From positions 224,254,001-224,318,000 of the forward strand of contig OZ024742.1 in NCBI GenBank assembly GCA_964016885.1: a DNA stretch of 64,000 nucleotides, in the 5' to 3' direction. The translations under genes were made by a program, and so were the position numbers. Shown in pieces: positions 42,592 to 55,879 of the stretch (the first letter of the stretch is position 1; the number at the start of each line of letters is the position of its first letter). The stretch is from Eledone cirrhosa (taxonomy: Eukaryota). The notes beneath the pieces were generated by a model that searched no databases, had not been told where the DNA came from, and was given only the letters and a program-made list of their open reading frames with translations.

Positions 42592-42855
42592 TAGCGGTTC
42601 CCAACTTGGTGTTCGCAAAGTTATAACTTGGGGCCTGTCAGGTAAGCTCACAATTTCAAGTACATTGTTAAAAACATAATATATACACACTATTTGTATA
42701 TATCCATTCTTCTCTAAATGCAAACATTTACCTTTTTCGATTATTATTCTCGGCATACAAACAATTGTTGAGAGGAATAATTGTAGCAGGTGGTCCGTGG
42801 GAAAATTCATTTAAATAAAAGGGGTCCTTGGTACTGAAAAGGTTAGGAACCACTG
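42592..42855. mobile_element. hAT (Charlie-like) MITE
   Basis: TAGCGGTTCCCAAC ... GGTTAGGAACCACTG imperfect TIRs; TSD not recognisable. Confidence 0.7.
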
Positions 42856-43674
42856 GCATAGAAACTGATTTTGTTGGCTCATAACCAAGGTAATTAAAGC
42901 GAATGATGGGGAAAGAGAGGGAGAGAGATTTAGACTTTTATTAAAAAGTGGTGTGTATATACTGGCGGTGAATTGGCAGAGTCGTTAGAACGTCGGATAA
43001 AATGTTTTACTGTATCCGTTCCAGCTCTCCACAGTTAACTTTGCTTTTCGACATTTTCGAGGTCATAAAAAAGTACCAGTCCAATACTGGGTCGATTCTT
43101 CCTCTATATCATTTTCTTATGTTTTTCTCTCTCTGTTTCTCCCTGTTCTGACCTGGAGAGGCATTGGCTCCGCCAGGTTCAAAATGCACATAACAAGCCA
43201 CGTATGTCCCGACAGCGCTCCTACGACTCCCCCATCAGGAGTTCAGAGCCTATGGCAAAGTAACAAAGTAATTAAAGTGAATGATGGGGGGAAAGAGAAG
43301 AAGATGAAGATAGCTTTAGACTTTTATTAAAAAGTGGTTCATATATTAAAAGATGGAGTTTACCGGTTGTAAAAGTTAACGCAGCGTGTACTTCCGGTCT
43401 CCGTGATTACCATAATGTAGGACCCGGATCTATATTTACATCAGACGCGTGCTGTTAATGTTGACTATGACGTCGTCGCCACAGGCTAAAAGTAATCGGA
43501 CATCAGCTTAATGGACTGTCATACTAAATGTCAAATAAGGAGCATAAAACTTCACAGCATACATATTATTATAGCGGAGAGTATCAGTTATAAGACCCTA
43601 GACTGACGTCCAATGAGATTGATAGTAATAATTCTTGCTGTTGTAGTCGTTGTCGATATGTGGTTTATAACAAT

Positions 43675-43910
43675 GTGGTGTAGACAAGTAGTTTAGTGGT
43701 TAGCAGTGTTCGGTTCGCGATCGTAATGTCGTAAGTTCGATTCCCGTCTCAGACGACGGGTTGTGTCCTTCAGCAAAACACTTTATTTAATATTGCTTTA
43801 GTCTATTTAGCTGGTAAAAATGGGTTATACCTGTGATTCAAAGGACCAGCCTTGTCACATACCGAATCATGCTGAATCTTCCTGAGAACTACATTAAGGG
43901 TACACATGAT
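43675..43910 (+). mobile_element. SINE family 2
   Basis: GTTCGATTCCC B box; GTGTCCTTCAGCAAAACACTTTATTT. Confidence 0.7.
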
Positions 43911-43959
43911 TCATAGGTAGATAGGCAAGGTAAGTAGATCAATAGGGAATAAGGTTGAT

Positions 43960-44385
43960 GATGAAGGTGATGATGAGGAATAATAAATACAATGATGACG
44001 ATGATGGTGATGATGGTGGTGATGGTGGTGATGATGGTGATGGTGGCGATGATGATAAAGAAGAATGGTGATGATGATGGTGATGGTGGGGATGATGGCG
44101 ATAATGGTGATGATGGCGATGATGATGATGATGATAAAGAAGAATGGTGATGATGATGGTGATGGTGGGGATGATGGCGATAATGGTGATGATGGCGATG
44201 ATGATGATGATGATGATAAAGAAGAATGATGATGATGATGGTGATGGCGAGGATGATGGCGATAATGGTGATGATGGCGATGATGATGATGATAAAGAAG
44301 AATGGTGATGATGATGGTGATGGTGGGAATGATGGCGATAATGGTGATGATGGCGATGATGATGAAGAGAATGATGAGGGTGGTA
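43960..44385. repeat. GAT/GGT-rich ~75-80-bp tandem units
   Basis: GATAAAGAAGAATG recurs four times. Confidence 0.85.
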
Positions 44386-44387
44386 GC

Positions 44388-44531
44388 GATAATTGTTTCT
44401 ACTTTTCGCACAAGGCCAGCAATTATCCTAGTGCATTACTGGTACTTTATTTTATCGAGCCCGTAAGGATGAAGGGCCATAACTCTATGCTGCAAAGCAT
44501 GGTGGGTGTCTAACGCTCTACCGATACTGCT
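44388..44531 (-). mobile_element. SINE family 1 with internal deletion
   Basis: Reverse match to 16186-16374. Confidence 0.8.
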
Positions 44532-45103
44532 AGCGATAATGATGATAATGGTAATGTAATGGTGAATGATAATGGTGATGATGATAATGATGATGATGGT
44601 GATGTAATGGTATATAATGATGGTGATGATGATAATGACGATGAGGAGGAAGGATTATGATGATGATGATGATGATCATCATCATCATCATAACTACTGA
44701 TGATGACGAATATGATGGCGCTAATGATAATAGTATTAATAATAATAGCGACGACGGGAGAGATGATAATAAGTCTTTATTATTATTTTTGTTGTTTATG
44801 ATATAAATTGCTATTTTTGCGGGTTCTCTGCGGATAACCACGAACGTCTGCTTTATCCATTTGTGTCAGTGTCTTCATCTCCCATCGGGATAGATAGAAC
44901 CCCAGCCTCGCCATATCACCCCCATTGTCCCCACCATCACCACCTTATCACCTACTTCCTTCTTCTCCACCAGCTCCCTTGGCTAACCGATGAACTCTCG
45001 TCTCTTTCATTAAGTTATCGTTCTTAACGACTCGTGGAGCGGAGCGTAAAGCAATCTTGATGATGACGCCTCATCCCTGCTTCGTATAGGAAACGGCAGA
45101 GCG

Positions 45104-45139
<36 letters not shown>

Positions 45140-45165
45140 CTCCTGTTTCCTATATGAAGCAGGGA

Positions 45166-45255
<90 letters not shown>

Positions 45256-45794
45256 AGAGAGAGATAGAGAGAGAAAAAAAGAGAGAGAGAGAAAGTGAGA
45301 GAGATGTGTGAAATCCCGACCGCGGCGCCATATGTATATATATATATAAACACAGTGTGGCAATATGGCTGTTCCTCTCTCTCGCTCTCACTCACCCATC
45401 TCTTTCGCTCTCATTTTCCGGAAAAGCCACAAACGAGAGAAGTGGAGGGGTCTTTCTCGATTAGTTGGCCTCGTATTGAAGTCGGTAAGTCCTTTGACAG
45501 GCGACTTCCGTTAGAGACAATAGGGTGAAATACTCTAAACGAGAATAACGCAACGTATTGTAACGTAACGTACGGACGAGAAATATAGTATGGCGACGAC
45601 GAAGATGACGTAGAAAGAGCGAAAGAAAGATGGTAAGGTTAATAGGGAGAGAGGGAGAGAGAGAGAGGGGGGTGCAGAGAAAGAGGAGACGAAGAAGAAA
45701 GTAAAAGAAGGAAGGTAAAGTTATGGCAGAGAGAGAGAGAGAGAGAGAGAAAGAGGAGACGAAGAAGAAAGTAAAAGAAGGAAGGTAAAGCTAT

Positions 45795-45856
<62 letters not shown>

Positions 45857-45896
45857 GGAGACGAAGAAGAAAGTAAAAGAAGGAAGGTAAAGCTAT

Positions 45897-45935
<39 letters not shown>

Positions 45936-46074
45936 GGGGGGGGGGTAGAGAGCGATGGAATGGAGAAAGAGACATAGAAGGTGACATAGAAGGAAAGTGA
46001 GGGCGAAAACGAGTGGGATTGGAAAAAAGAGAGAGGAATTGAATGGGATAGAGGAGGAGAGAGAGAAAACGAAC

Positions 46075-46136
<62 letters not shown>

Positions 46137-47421
46137 AAGATAAAGAAGTAGGAAGAGAGAGATAAAGGAGTAGAGAGAGCAAGAGAGAGAGAGAGAGGGG
46201 AAGATAAAGGAGCAGGGAGAGAGATGAGAGGTGGGGGGTAGACTGTGAAGGAGGAGTCATGCTCAGTTTACTTTAAGACGTTGTACACACTTGACTGACG
46301 TCTGGCCTATTTGTGTTGGGCACGCGCCGAAACTGTCTTTTCGAGGACCATTTCATTGTATAATGGAAGGGGCTGGAAGGACAGAAAGGAAGAAAGAAAA
46401 TTAATAAAGCGATAGGGAAAGGAAAGAAAGAAAGAGAGAGAGAGAGAGAAAAAAAGAAAGAAAGAAAGAATGAAGGAAGGAAGCAAGAACATTTATGAAG
46501 AAAAAGCGGTAGGGAAAAAAGTGAGAAAGGAGAGACAGAAATAAAGAAGGATGCTAAAGAAAAAGCGAAAGAAAGAAAGATGCTGAAGAAAAAGTAAGAA
46601 GAAGAAAGAAAGGAAAAAAAAAGAAAGAAAAAAAAAAGTTAATAAAGAAAAGACGAAAAGGAAAAGAAAGAATGAGAAGACGAAATGAATTCTCTCGACA
46701 ATTTTCTTTCATTCCTTCATTGTGTCTCGATCGTTCTGTTTCCTTTCCCACTCTTCACCTTCCTCTATCAATTGTTCTCAAGTGAGCTCTGGTCGTCATC
46801 AAGGTCATTTCTTCTCAATACTTAATGTAAACAAAGTTATTAGCCACATACAGAGTTAAAGTCTCCCGGGGGGGGGGTCAAGTCTTTGCCCATTCAACCG
46901 TGCAATTACACCTACACTTTGACACACACACACACACAATTGCATTCTCACACACACTTACAAATACGTACGCGCACACACATTTATAAACATTTGCACT
47001 TACACACACACATACACACACGATTACACTTACATACATACTTACAAGCACATACATTTACAAACACTTACACATACACACACATACACAAATATACGTA
47101 TACATACATACACATACTTACGCACACGCATATACACACACTTAGACACACTCACACACGCGCACTTTCATACTTACATACACACACACTTACATACACA
47201 CTTACACACACATACTCACACATACACACCACATTTGCACACACTTACACATACATATTTTGACACACCCACCTCATTAACACCCTCTCTCTTACACATG
47301 CTGCTGTCGTTGCTGTCACTAAAGCTGCTGCTGTCATTTAGTATACAGTTGTGTGTACGAGTGTGTATGTATGTGTACCTGTGTGTGTGTGTATGTATGT
47401 ATGTGTGTGTGTATGTGTGCG

Positions 47422-47504
<83 letters not shown>

Positions 47505-47879
47505 CCTTGGGATATGATACGATGTGATGGTTGAATGGTTAAGAAGTTCGCTTCGCAATCATTCGGTTCCGCGTTCGATCCTTCTCTATGGTATCATGGG
47601 CAAGTGTCATTTACCACAGCGATGGAGACTTGTTTTCTTGGTCCCCGTACCACACCCTTATTCACAGCTGTCGGAGCGAAGTTGCCCCCCTCCCACAAGA
47701 GTTAGTTCCACAAGCAGGAATGGCTATTTTGACGAGTCTCCTTCGCTATCCTCCGACGCAACGCTTTCTCTATTCTGTCCCCTGAGACCATGACACGAGT
47801 TGCTTTGGGGGCTCTGCACGCTATATCGTTAGGGATCGTACAATTAGGGTAGTTATAACTATATATATATATATATATA

Positions 47880-48000
47880 TGAAGGTGTGTGGCTGACTGG
47901 TTAGAGAATTGGATTCACAATGTTGAGGTTGTGAGTTCGATTCCTGGACCGGGCGATGCGTTATGTCCTTGAGCAAGACACTTTATTTCACGTTGCTCCT
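47880..48000 (+). mobile_element. SINE family 2 5' part
   Basis: TGGCTGACTGGTTAGAG, GTTCGATTCC, TGTCCTTGAGCAAGACACTTTATTTCACGTTGCTCC. Confidence 0.75.
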
Positions 48001-48114
48001 TCTACCTGGAGTTGCGACCGATAGATAGTACTAGCAACTGGAAAGACCAATAGAAACATTGTTTCCTCGGTCCGATTTGACGAAAGTCGATCGATCCTTT
48101 TATATATATATGTA

Positions 48115-48266
48115 CCCAGGGTTCAATCGGGGTTAACCACAGTAAGTAAGGTACTCAATACATAGCCGGGTATGAATTTTTAATATAGAAATGGCTTCTA
48201 CTGGACTAGAACTGTTTCATTCGAATGAAATCATCAAGCTTTCCTCCTGTAGAAGCGATTTCTCTA

Positions 48267-48337
<71 letters not shown>

Positions 48338-48626
48338 TTATATATATATATATATATATACGTTATTCCGGGTTGAAGTATGAACTTGTTTATAGAATTC
48401 TTTCTGCCTTTGTTACTCTAAATATAAACTATAGCTTTGAAGAATTAGCTTTTAATGAATTCCCTTTTCTATCAACCAATGACCTCTACCCATCCCACTC
48501 CCTACCCTCTCCTACCACCTGAAGAGACCTATAAATACCATACTTATTTTTTGATACCCAGATTCCTGATGATTTCTAAAGAATGAAACAGTTCTAGTCC
48601 TGTAGAATCTCATCTATATTAAAACT
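48115..48626. mobile_element. Divergent pair of hammerhead family B elements separated by (CT)n/(TA)n
   Basis: Minus copy 48115-48245 (degenerate core TTGATGA) and plus copy ending at 48626; (TA)n flanks. Confidence 0.7.
48560..48610 (+). ncRNA. Compact type I hammerhead ribozyme fold, family B
   Basis: AGATTC-CTGATGA-T-TTC-TAAA-GAA-T-GAAA-CAG-TTCTAGTC-CTG-TA-GAATCT; all three stems pair; predicted cut after A48604. Confidence 0.85.
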
Positions 48627-48798
48627 ATATATATATATATAATATATATATTTATGGTAAGGTTGCTTGGATGCTTCCATTGGTGGTATGCCGGTTGAGC
48701 ACTCTATGCTCCTTCAGAGCAGAGTATAATAATGTGGACAACGAAGAATCAGTGATGCATCGAAACACGATTTAATCAGTGACATTTAATGAGTGTAA

Positions 48799-49550
48799 TC
48801 TCCTTATAATATATAACCAGCAATTTCTCTGTCTGTCTGTCCGACAGTGGAAACACGTGCGCGCGTGCGAGTGTTTTTTGCGCACGCGTAGAGAGAGAGT
48901 GAGAGTGAAAGAAAGAGACAGACTACGAGAGGGGGATAGCGGGAGGGAGAGAGGGAGAGAGAGAGAGTGAATAGACGCTAAAACACGTGCGCGCGTGCGA
49001 ATGTCTGTGAGTTTGAATCCCTAAAACTCGAGAAGTACCCAACCGATTTTTTCCAAACTTTACACGTGTATTACTTATGTTTCAGGGAGTGTTATGCATA
49101 TAAAAAAATTCAACTTGGTGAAAAACTGCGTTTTTTAAGCTTTTTAGGGGTTTTTTGAGGCGTTACGTGAGACCGATTTCCTTGAAATTGTAACTACGTA
49201 TTAGTTAGTCTCTTCTTCATACCGTGAGCAAAGAAAATCCAACTTTTTTTTTATGGTTTAAGGCCCGCATTAGATGAAAAACTTCATTTTTTCAGCTTTT
49301 TAGGGCTTTTTGGAGGCGTTACATCTAGCTGATTTTCCCGAAATTTCAAGGCATATTAGGCACATATTAGGTGAAAACCTGCATTTTTCCTGCTCCATCG
49401 AGGAAAATCTTAAAAATTATCCAGCCATCAGGGTATTCGGTTTATTTTCTTTACATATTGTCCTGGCATGCAGTTTTTCCACGATTAGGTCTGATGGCGG
49501 CCCGCGTTCCAAAATACATTATCCCATGCAACGCCGGGTACCACTGCTAG
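48799..49550 (+). mobile_element. Non-autonomous Helitron (752 bp)
   Basis: A|TC 5' end, (CTGT)n near the 5' end, subterminal CCCATGCAACGCCGGG hairpin remnant, 3' CTAG|T, no TSD. Confidence 0.82.
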
Positions 49551-49661
49551 TACGTTAATAAATTGTGTCTCAATGCATCACTGATTTTATATATATATAT
49601 AATATGGACAACGAAAAATCAGTGATGCATTGAGACACAATTTATTACCGTACTAGCAGTG

Positions 49662-49692
<31 letters not shown>

Positions 49693-49815
49693 CAAATATA
49701 AATTACCGAGAATCGTATTTCGGCTATTGGAAATTAGCGAAAAACAACTTCCGAGATGTGTGGCAAGCGCCCAATAGATTCTAACGAACCAGAGCTACAA
49801 TATACGTTGACATTG

Positions 49816-50010
49816 CACTCAGTGCTCCTTTGGGAGCCCCTACATGGACACACTAGAAGAGGAAGACCAAGGTTAACATATGTTGATGCCCTAAGGACAG
49901 ACACTGGTCTGTTGGAGATGCAGGATATGGCAGCGATAATGAGGGACAGAGACCGCTGGAGAGAACTCGTCCATGGATCTCGGGAATTTTACCCGCCTTA
50001 GATAGATAGA
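49816..50010 (+). mobile_element. 3' end of an RTE LINE (different family) with (TAGA)n tail
   Basis: HSVLLWEPLHGHTRRGRPRLTYVDAL...MRDRDRWRELV then stop. Confidence 0.85.
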
Positions 50011-50411
50011 TATATATAGTTCAAGGAAACGACAAAACAAAGGTACAAAAAGTCTTTCACGCTTTATATGGAAAAGGGGTAAGGAAGTTCGACGTCTCGG
50101 GCTTCAGTTCCCTTCAGGAGTACAGAAATAGAGACAGGATCACAAAGGATAGATACAGAAAATAAAAGGTAACCCTAGTGAAAAAACAATATTTATACAT
50201 ATCAAAAGTGATCGATATATAATATATAACGATCATGTGTCTCTATGATGGATCGATGAAAGAATTAGGGCTAAAAATCTTAAACCTCAGAGCTTTGCAC
50301 ACTGCCAGTATCATAAAGAATCACAAAACTAATCAGAAAATACTCTTAATAGGTTTAAAAAATACTTAGAGACAGAATAAGTATTATACTTACACTGCCA
50401 ATAACTTTTCA

Positions 50412-50519
50412 CAAGATCTATATGGTATCATTTCATACAGCAAAAATCATCAACTTTTAACGTTGATTAACATCGACAAATGGTAAAGTCAAGAGCTGCA
50501 ATCATCAGTAGACATCTTG
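50412..50519 (-). ncRNA. Type I hammerhead fold, family E, with 53-nt loop 2
   Basis: Minus strand CAAGATGTCTA-CTGATGA-T-TGCAGC...GCTGTA-T-GAAA-TG-ATAC-CA-TA-TAGATCTTG; AUA site. Confidence 0.8.
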
Positions 50520-50939
50520 AAATTCTAGAAAAATATTAGTTCCTAAAGAACGAGAAGTCAGCCATTATATATATGTAACCTAGTTATTCCGTATACCAAT
50601 ATATCATTATCACTATTCACTAATAAAAAACCCTACATATGTTTCATGAGTGCAATTGGGTAGACGGAAACTGACTGCTTGGAAGCACCTAAAACCCAGA
50701 CTTTACAAAGAACTGGCTAAAATGATTATTGATTTGCCAAAGTGGGTCGTATTGTTACAATTGTTGGCAAATTGGCAGGGTCGTGAGGGTGTCTGTATTT
50801 GTTCAGGCTAAATGCGCTCTGAATTCAAATTTAGCCGAGTTCAACTCTGCCTTTCATCTTTTCAAGGTCGGTAGAGTATCAGTCTTGGGTGCGGTAGATT
50901 TGGCGGAATTGTTAGCGTAACACAAGATTCTTTTTGTTT

Positions 50940-51110
50940 TCTTGAAAGTCCCAAACAAGGCGTGAATTTACTTAAAAGAGTTCAGAAGAAGGGGGATATC
51001 AATAAGACGGAAGAGAGTTCCAAAATCTGGCAGCTAGATGTAAAAAGCTACGACACTAGAAAGACTTTTTCATTCGTGTAACCACAGCAGCTCTGATCTG
51101 ACTCGGTGCT
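50940..51110 (-). mobile_element. CR1/L2/Jockey-type LINE 3' fragment
   Basis: Minus strand SFLHLAARFWNSLPS motif. Confidence 0.5.
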
Positions 51111-51360
51111 TTCTGAGTTCAAATATGCGCCTCCCTCTGCCAGGAGTTAAAACCAACAGAGAGTACCAGCAATGGAAAGACAAATGTAAACATCGTTTCC
51201 TTGGTCCGATCTAACGATTTGTTCATTTCCGTCTTTCTCTCTCCCTCTATGTCTCTCTCACTCTGTATACTTATATTTGTGCCGCCCCCCCCCCCCCTCT
51301 CTCTCTCTCTCTCTCTTTCTGTATCTCTCTATATTGTTCTAACCTCCCTCTTTTCTGTAC

Positions 51361-51391
<31 letters not shown>

Positions 51392-51406
51392 TCTCTCTCC
51401 CCCCCC

Positions 51407-51454
<48 letters not shown>

Positions 51455-51899
51455 CCAAAATTAAGATAAATTAAGATAAATTAAATGAATTCAATCTAAA
51501 TCGAAATTGTGGGTGTCATGCCTTAACGGAATGATATATTATACCTATTCACGCCACTGAGACGAAGCCGCTGTGATGTGTAAAAACAACACGTGGTAGC
51601 GGCCAGTTAAAGATGTTGACTCGAAGTGTAAACATGGATCGCTGTTATTGTTCTTCCTTGTTGATAATCCAATAATATCCACTTTCTGTGACTTACCATC
51701 TGATTAATTGGTGAAATGTATTTCTTTAATGAAATATATTCAGGGAAGATTAATCATTAAAAGGTATCTATTTTTGAAGTTCGAGTTAACTTTATTTATT
51801 TGTTACCTACTAGCCATGCGTGGTTACACGCTTGTAAAAATTATCTCCTGTGATTATTCATGTTTATATTTATTTATATATATGTTGATCAATTCCTAG

Positions 51900-52252
<353 letters not shown>

Positions 52253-52719
52253 TTCAAATTCGCTAGCTGTTCGTAAACAAAGACTGCTTTGTGTCTCCCT
52301 ATATATATATATATATACACACACCTCCATTTCTACCCCTTTTCTGTCCCTCTATGTAACTCTCTCGATAGCTCTATTTATCCCCCTTTCTGTTCTGTCT
52401 CTCTTTGTCTCTCGACATCTCTCTCAACCAAAGAAGGATACAGAGCGAAACCTAAATGAGCCAAGGATAAATCTTTGCGAGTCAAACGCTTTCTATATGG
52501 GTTAAGCTTCTACACACTCCCCCTTCCCCCTCTCTCTCTCTCGTTCTTTCTAGCTCTATTTCTCCCCCTTTTATATATATATGCTCTCCCTCCCGGCCAA
52601 AAGTTTTGCTGCACTAAAACTCCAGTCAATTACAATACCAGACTTATTATATCAAATTTAGCTTCGTATATGTCTATGCATTTATATGTGTGTATGTATG
52701 TATGTAGGCATATGTGTGC

Positions 52720-52788
<69 letters not shown>

Positions 52789-52973
52789 GTCATATATATG
52801 TATGTGTATGTAATCATATATGCGTGTATGTGTGTGTCTAATATAGTGTAATATATGCTTGAGCACACATAATGCTATATGTGTGTATGTATGTATGTAT
52901 TTGCATATACATATATACATGCTGAAAGGAGCAGAATAGCATGTTTACATATGTACACTTACACACATGCAGA

Positions 52974-53022
<49 letters not shown>

Positions 53023-53675
53023 GTACATATATACATATGTATAATTACACACATGTAGAAACATATATATATATATATATATATACATACAGACACGTAC
53101 ATATATACATATGTATACTTACACATATATACACATCATACACATATACGTACATATTCACATATATACAGTACATATACATATATAATCATACATATAT
53201 ATTATAGAAGTCAGCGACTTTTGGCGTGTTTATTGATTTGGGTCAGGGCATGTGCAGTGATGTGTAACACAACATGAATTTCCCCTCATCATTTATACAA
53301 ACACTACTGCACTTAATCTAATCATTTAGATGCTGCTGAGCAGACGACACCATCATTTAGATGCTGCTGAGCAGACGATAACATCATTTCTGGTATGTAG
53401 ATGATCACTTAGAGATGTGTTTTACAGGAATATATTTGTTAGAGACTCAGGCTAGGAGAAGGAGGGAAGGAGGAGAAGAGAGAAAGAGAAGTAAGAGTGG
53501 AAGGAAGAAAGAAAAACAAAATGGGAAGAAAGCTGATGGATATATACAGTATGTGTGTATATATATATATACATATATATATACACATATATATATATAT
53601 ATATATAATATATATATATATATATTCATACATATATATATACATTTTATATATTCATATGTATATATATGTATG

Positions 53676-53800
<125 letters not shown>

Positions 53801-53880
53801 TATATATATGTTGATAGTATACATATATATATATATATATATATATTGATAGATAGAGAAAAGGAGAGAAAGAAAGAGAA

Positions 53881-53931
<51 letters not shown>

Positions 53932-54025
53932 GAGGAAGGAGGGGGAAAGAATGAAGGAAAGGAAAAAGAGAAAATGGAGAAGGAACAAAGGTAGAAATAA
54001 AAACAAAAGTTAAGAAAGGTAATGG

Positions 54026-54058
<33 letters not shown>

Positions 54059-54074
54059 CACACACACACACATA

Positions 54075-54138
<64 letters not shown>

Positions 54139-54158
54139 TATATATATATATATATATA

Positions 54159-54256
54159 CAGGGTGTCCCAAAAATGTATACACACTTTGATTACCTGTAC
54201 AGGCAATATTTATTAGAATGCTGTTGAAGTGTGTATACATTTTTTGAGACACCCTG
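54159..54256 (+). mobile_element. 98-bp Tc1/mariner-type MITE (best copy)
   Basis: TA|CAGGGTGTCCCAAAAATGTATACACACTT ... AAGTGTGTATACATTTTTTGAGACACCCTG|TA. Confidence 0.92.
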
Positions 54257-54415
54257 TATATATAAGGGTGAAATGAAAAAAGAAGAAAAACAAGGAAAGA
54301 GAAGTGAGAAAAGACAAGGGAGAAGAAGAAAGAAGGAAAAGGAGGAAGACGCAAAGATAGAAGCAAAAACGAAATGGAAGAAAGTATGTATGTATGTGTA
54401 TGTATGTATGTATTC

Positions 54416-54449
<34 letters not shown>

Positions 54450-54488
54450 TGTATGTATGTATGTATGTATGTATGTATGTATATGTAT

Positions 54489-55107
54489 AGCAGGTCACCA
54501 GTTGGTGCTACTGGTAACATGTATTCCAGTACAACCTGTCCCATGGTCGGGTCGTTGGCGACTAAACTGGCAACCCCACCAAGGTTTCTTGGCGAGGAGG
54601 GTGACTTTGGACATCCTGCAGAACAAAGAACAAAACCTGTCAAAGGGCAAAGGCGCTCTTAAGAGTCAATGGCCATCCAAAATCACCGGGAGAGATGACC
54701 CCTTAGCCTTTGCCAAGGCAGAATTCTAGAAGGAAAACTCTGATATAACACCTGCAACCCTGATGGTATCCTATGATGTTGACTTGTTCTTCTTTTTGGT
54801 AAATATCATCTTGGTTAAGAGAGTGGGACTGGCTTTGTGCAGTGCCTTTGCTCACTATAAAAACTTCACGGCACAGGCATTGCTTTATATCTGGAGATCT
54901 CTCTGCACTTGTCGTCATATGGTACCATGGGCCCAGCACTATGTGTCAATAATTGTCACATGTGTAGTGTTTGTACCAGAGTTTACAAGTCGCTGGCTGG
55001 ACTAAAAAGTAACACTCGTTCAGCGCATTGGTAGGGGTTCTCCTACATGGATATAAAGTAGTGGCCGTACTCGAAAACGAGTTGGCAGCCACCATGTATG
55101 TATGTAT
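54489..55107 (+). mobile_element. Non-autonomous RTE-like retroposon, longer copy, with (ATGT)n tail
   Basis: Homologous to 26875-27290; zinc-finger remnant CSVCTRVYKSLAGLKSNTRSAH. Confidence 0.8.
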
Positions 55108-55387
55108 ACCCCAATAATATTGCCCCAGCCATAAATATATTGAACTATTGCACTCATGTATAAGACCATGCCGTAGCAACTGCGTAGACAAATATCATAG
55201 TTCCATGTACCATGACTCTTTAATTCCAATTGGAGTCGTTGGTGCGCATGCGTGACATTTAAACATGTCGGATCTCACCGTTTTCCAGATCTGAACATAG
55301 TCGAATTCTTTTATAGAAAAAGGGGGGGGGGGATTAGAGTGAGAAAGAGAAAGAGACAGAGAAGAAATTAGATAGAGATATAGAAGA

Positions 55388-55525
55388 AAAATCGACCCTA
55401 GTACAAAATTTGTACTTAATTTATCAAACTCCAAAAGATGAAAGGCAAAGTTGACCTCAGCATGTCTTGAACTCAGAGCTAAAAGAGCCCAACGACGTTT
55501 TAACGACTCTGCCAATTCGTCACCT
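55388..55525 (-). mobile_element. SINE family 1-related, diverged
   Basis: GATGAAAGGCAAAGTTGACCTCAG...CTCTGCCAATTCG. Confidence 0.7.
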
Positions 55526-55879
55526 TTTGTCAGTTATAGGTAGTCTTTAACGGATGCTTCCCCATAAACAATGAACCCCGCCTACATACTTTAGATACTG
55601 TTCTAATCTATAATATGATGTTGCTATAACTGCCCAGACACAAACATTATAGACTGCATTGATTAGTAAATATTCAATCACCAACACATTTCAATCAATA
55701 GCTCACTGACCCATTTTCCCCTTCTCTGCATATTTTATCGAATCTACAACGTTCTCTAAACTAGCTGCTTGCTTCTACCTAAACCTCTGAATACCAACTT
55801 TTTCACTGACAGAGGCCCTTTCTATTTTAATAAATTTTCCTATGGCTCTTTGATACAATTACTCCATTCACAGATTGCT

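Noticed and set aside
50085-50118. Minus-strand CTGAAGG...GAGACGTC
   Set aside because: Both core boxes are mutated; at most a dead remnant.
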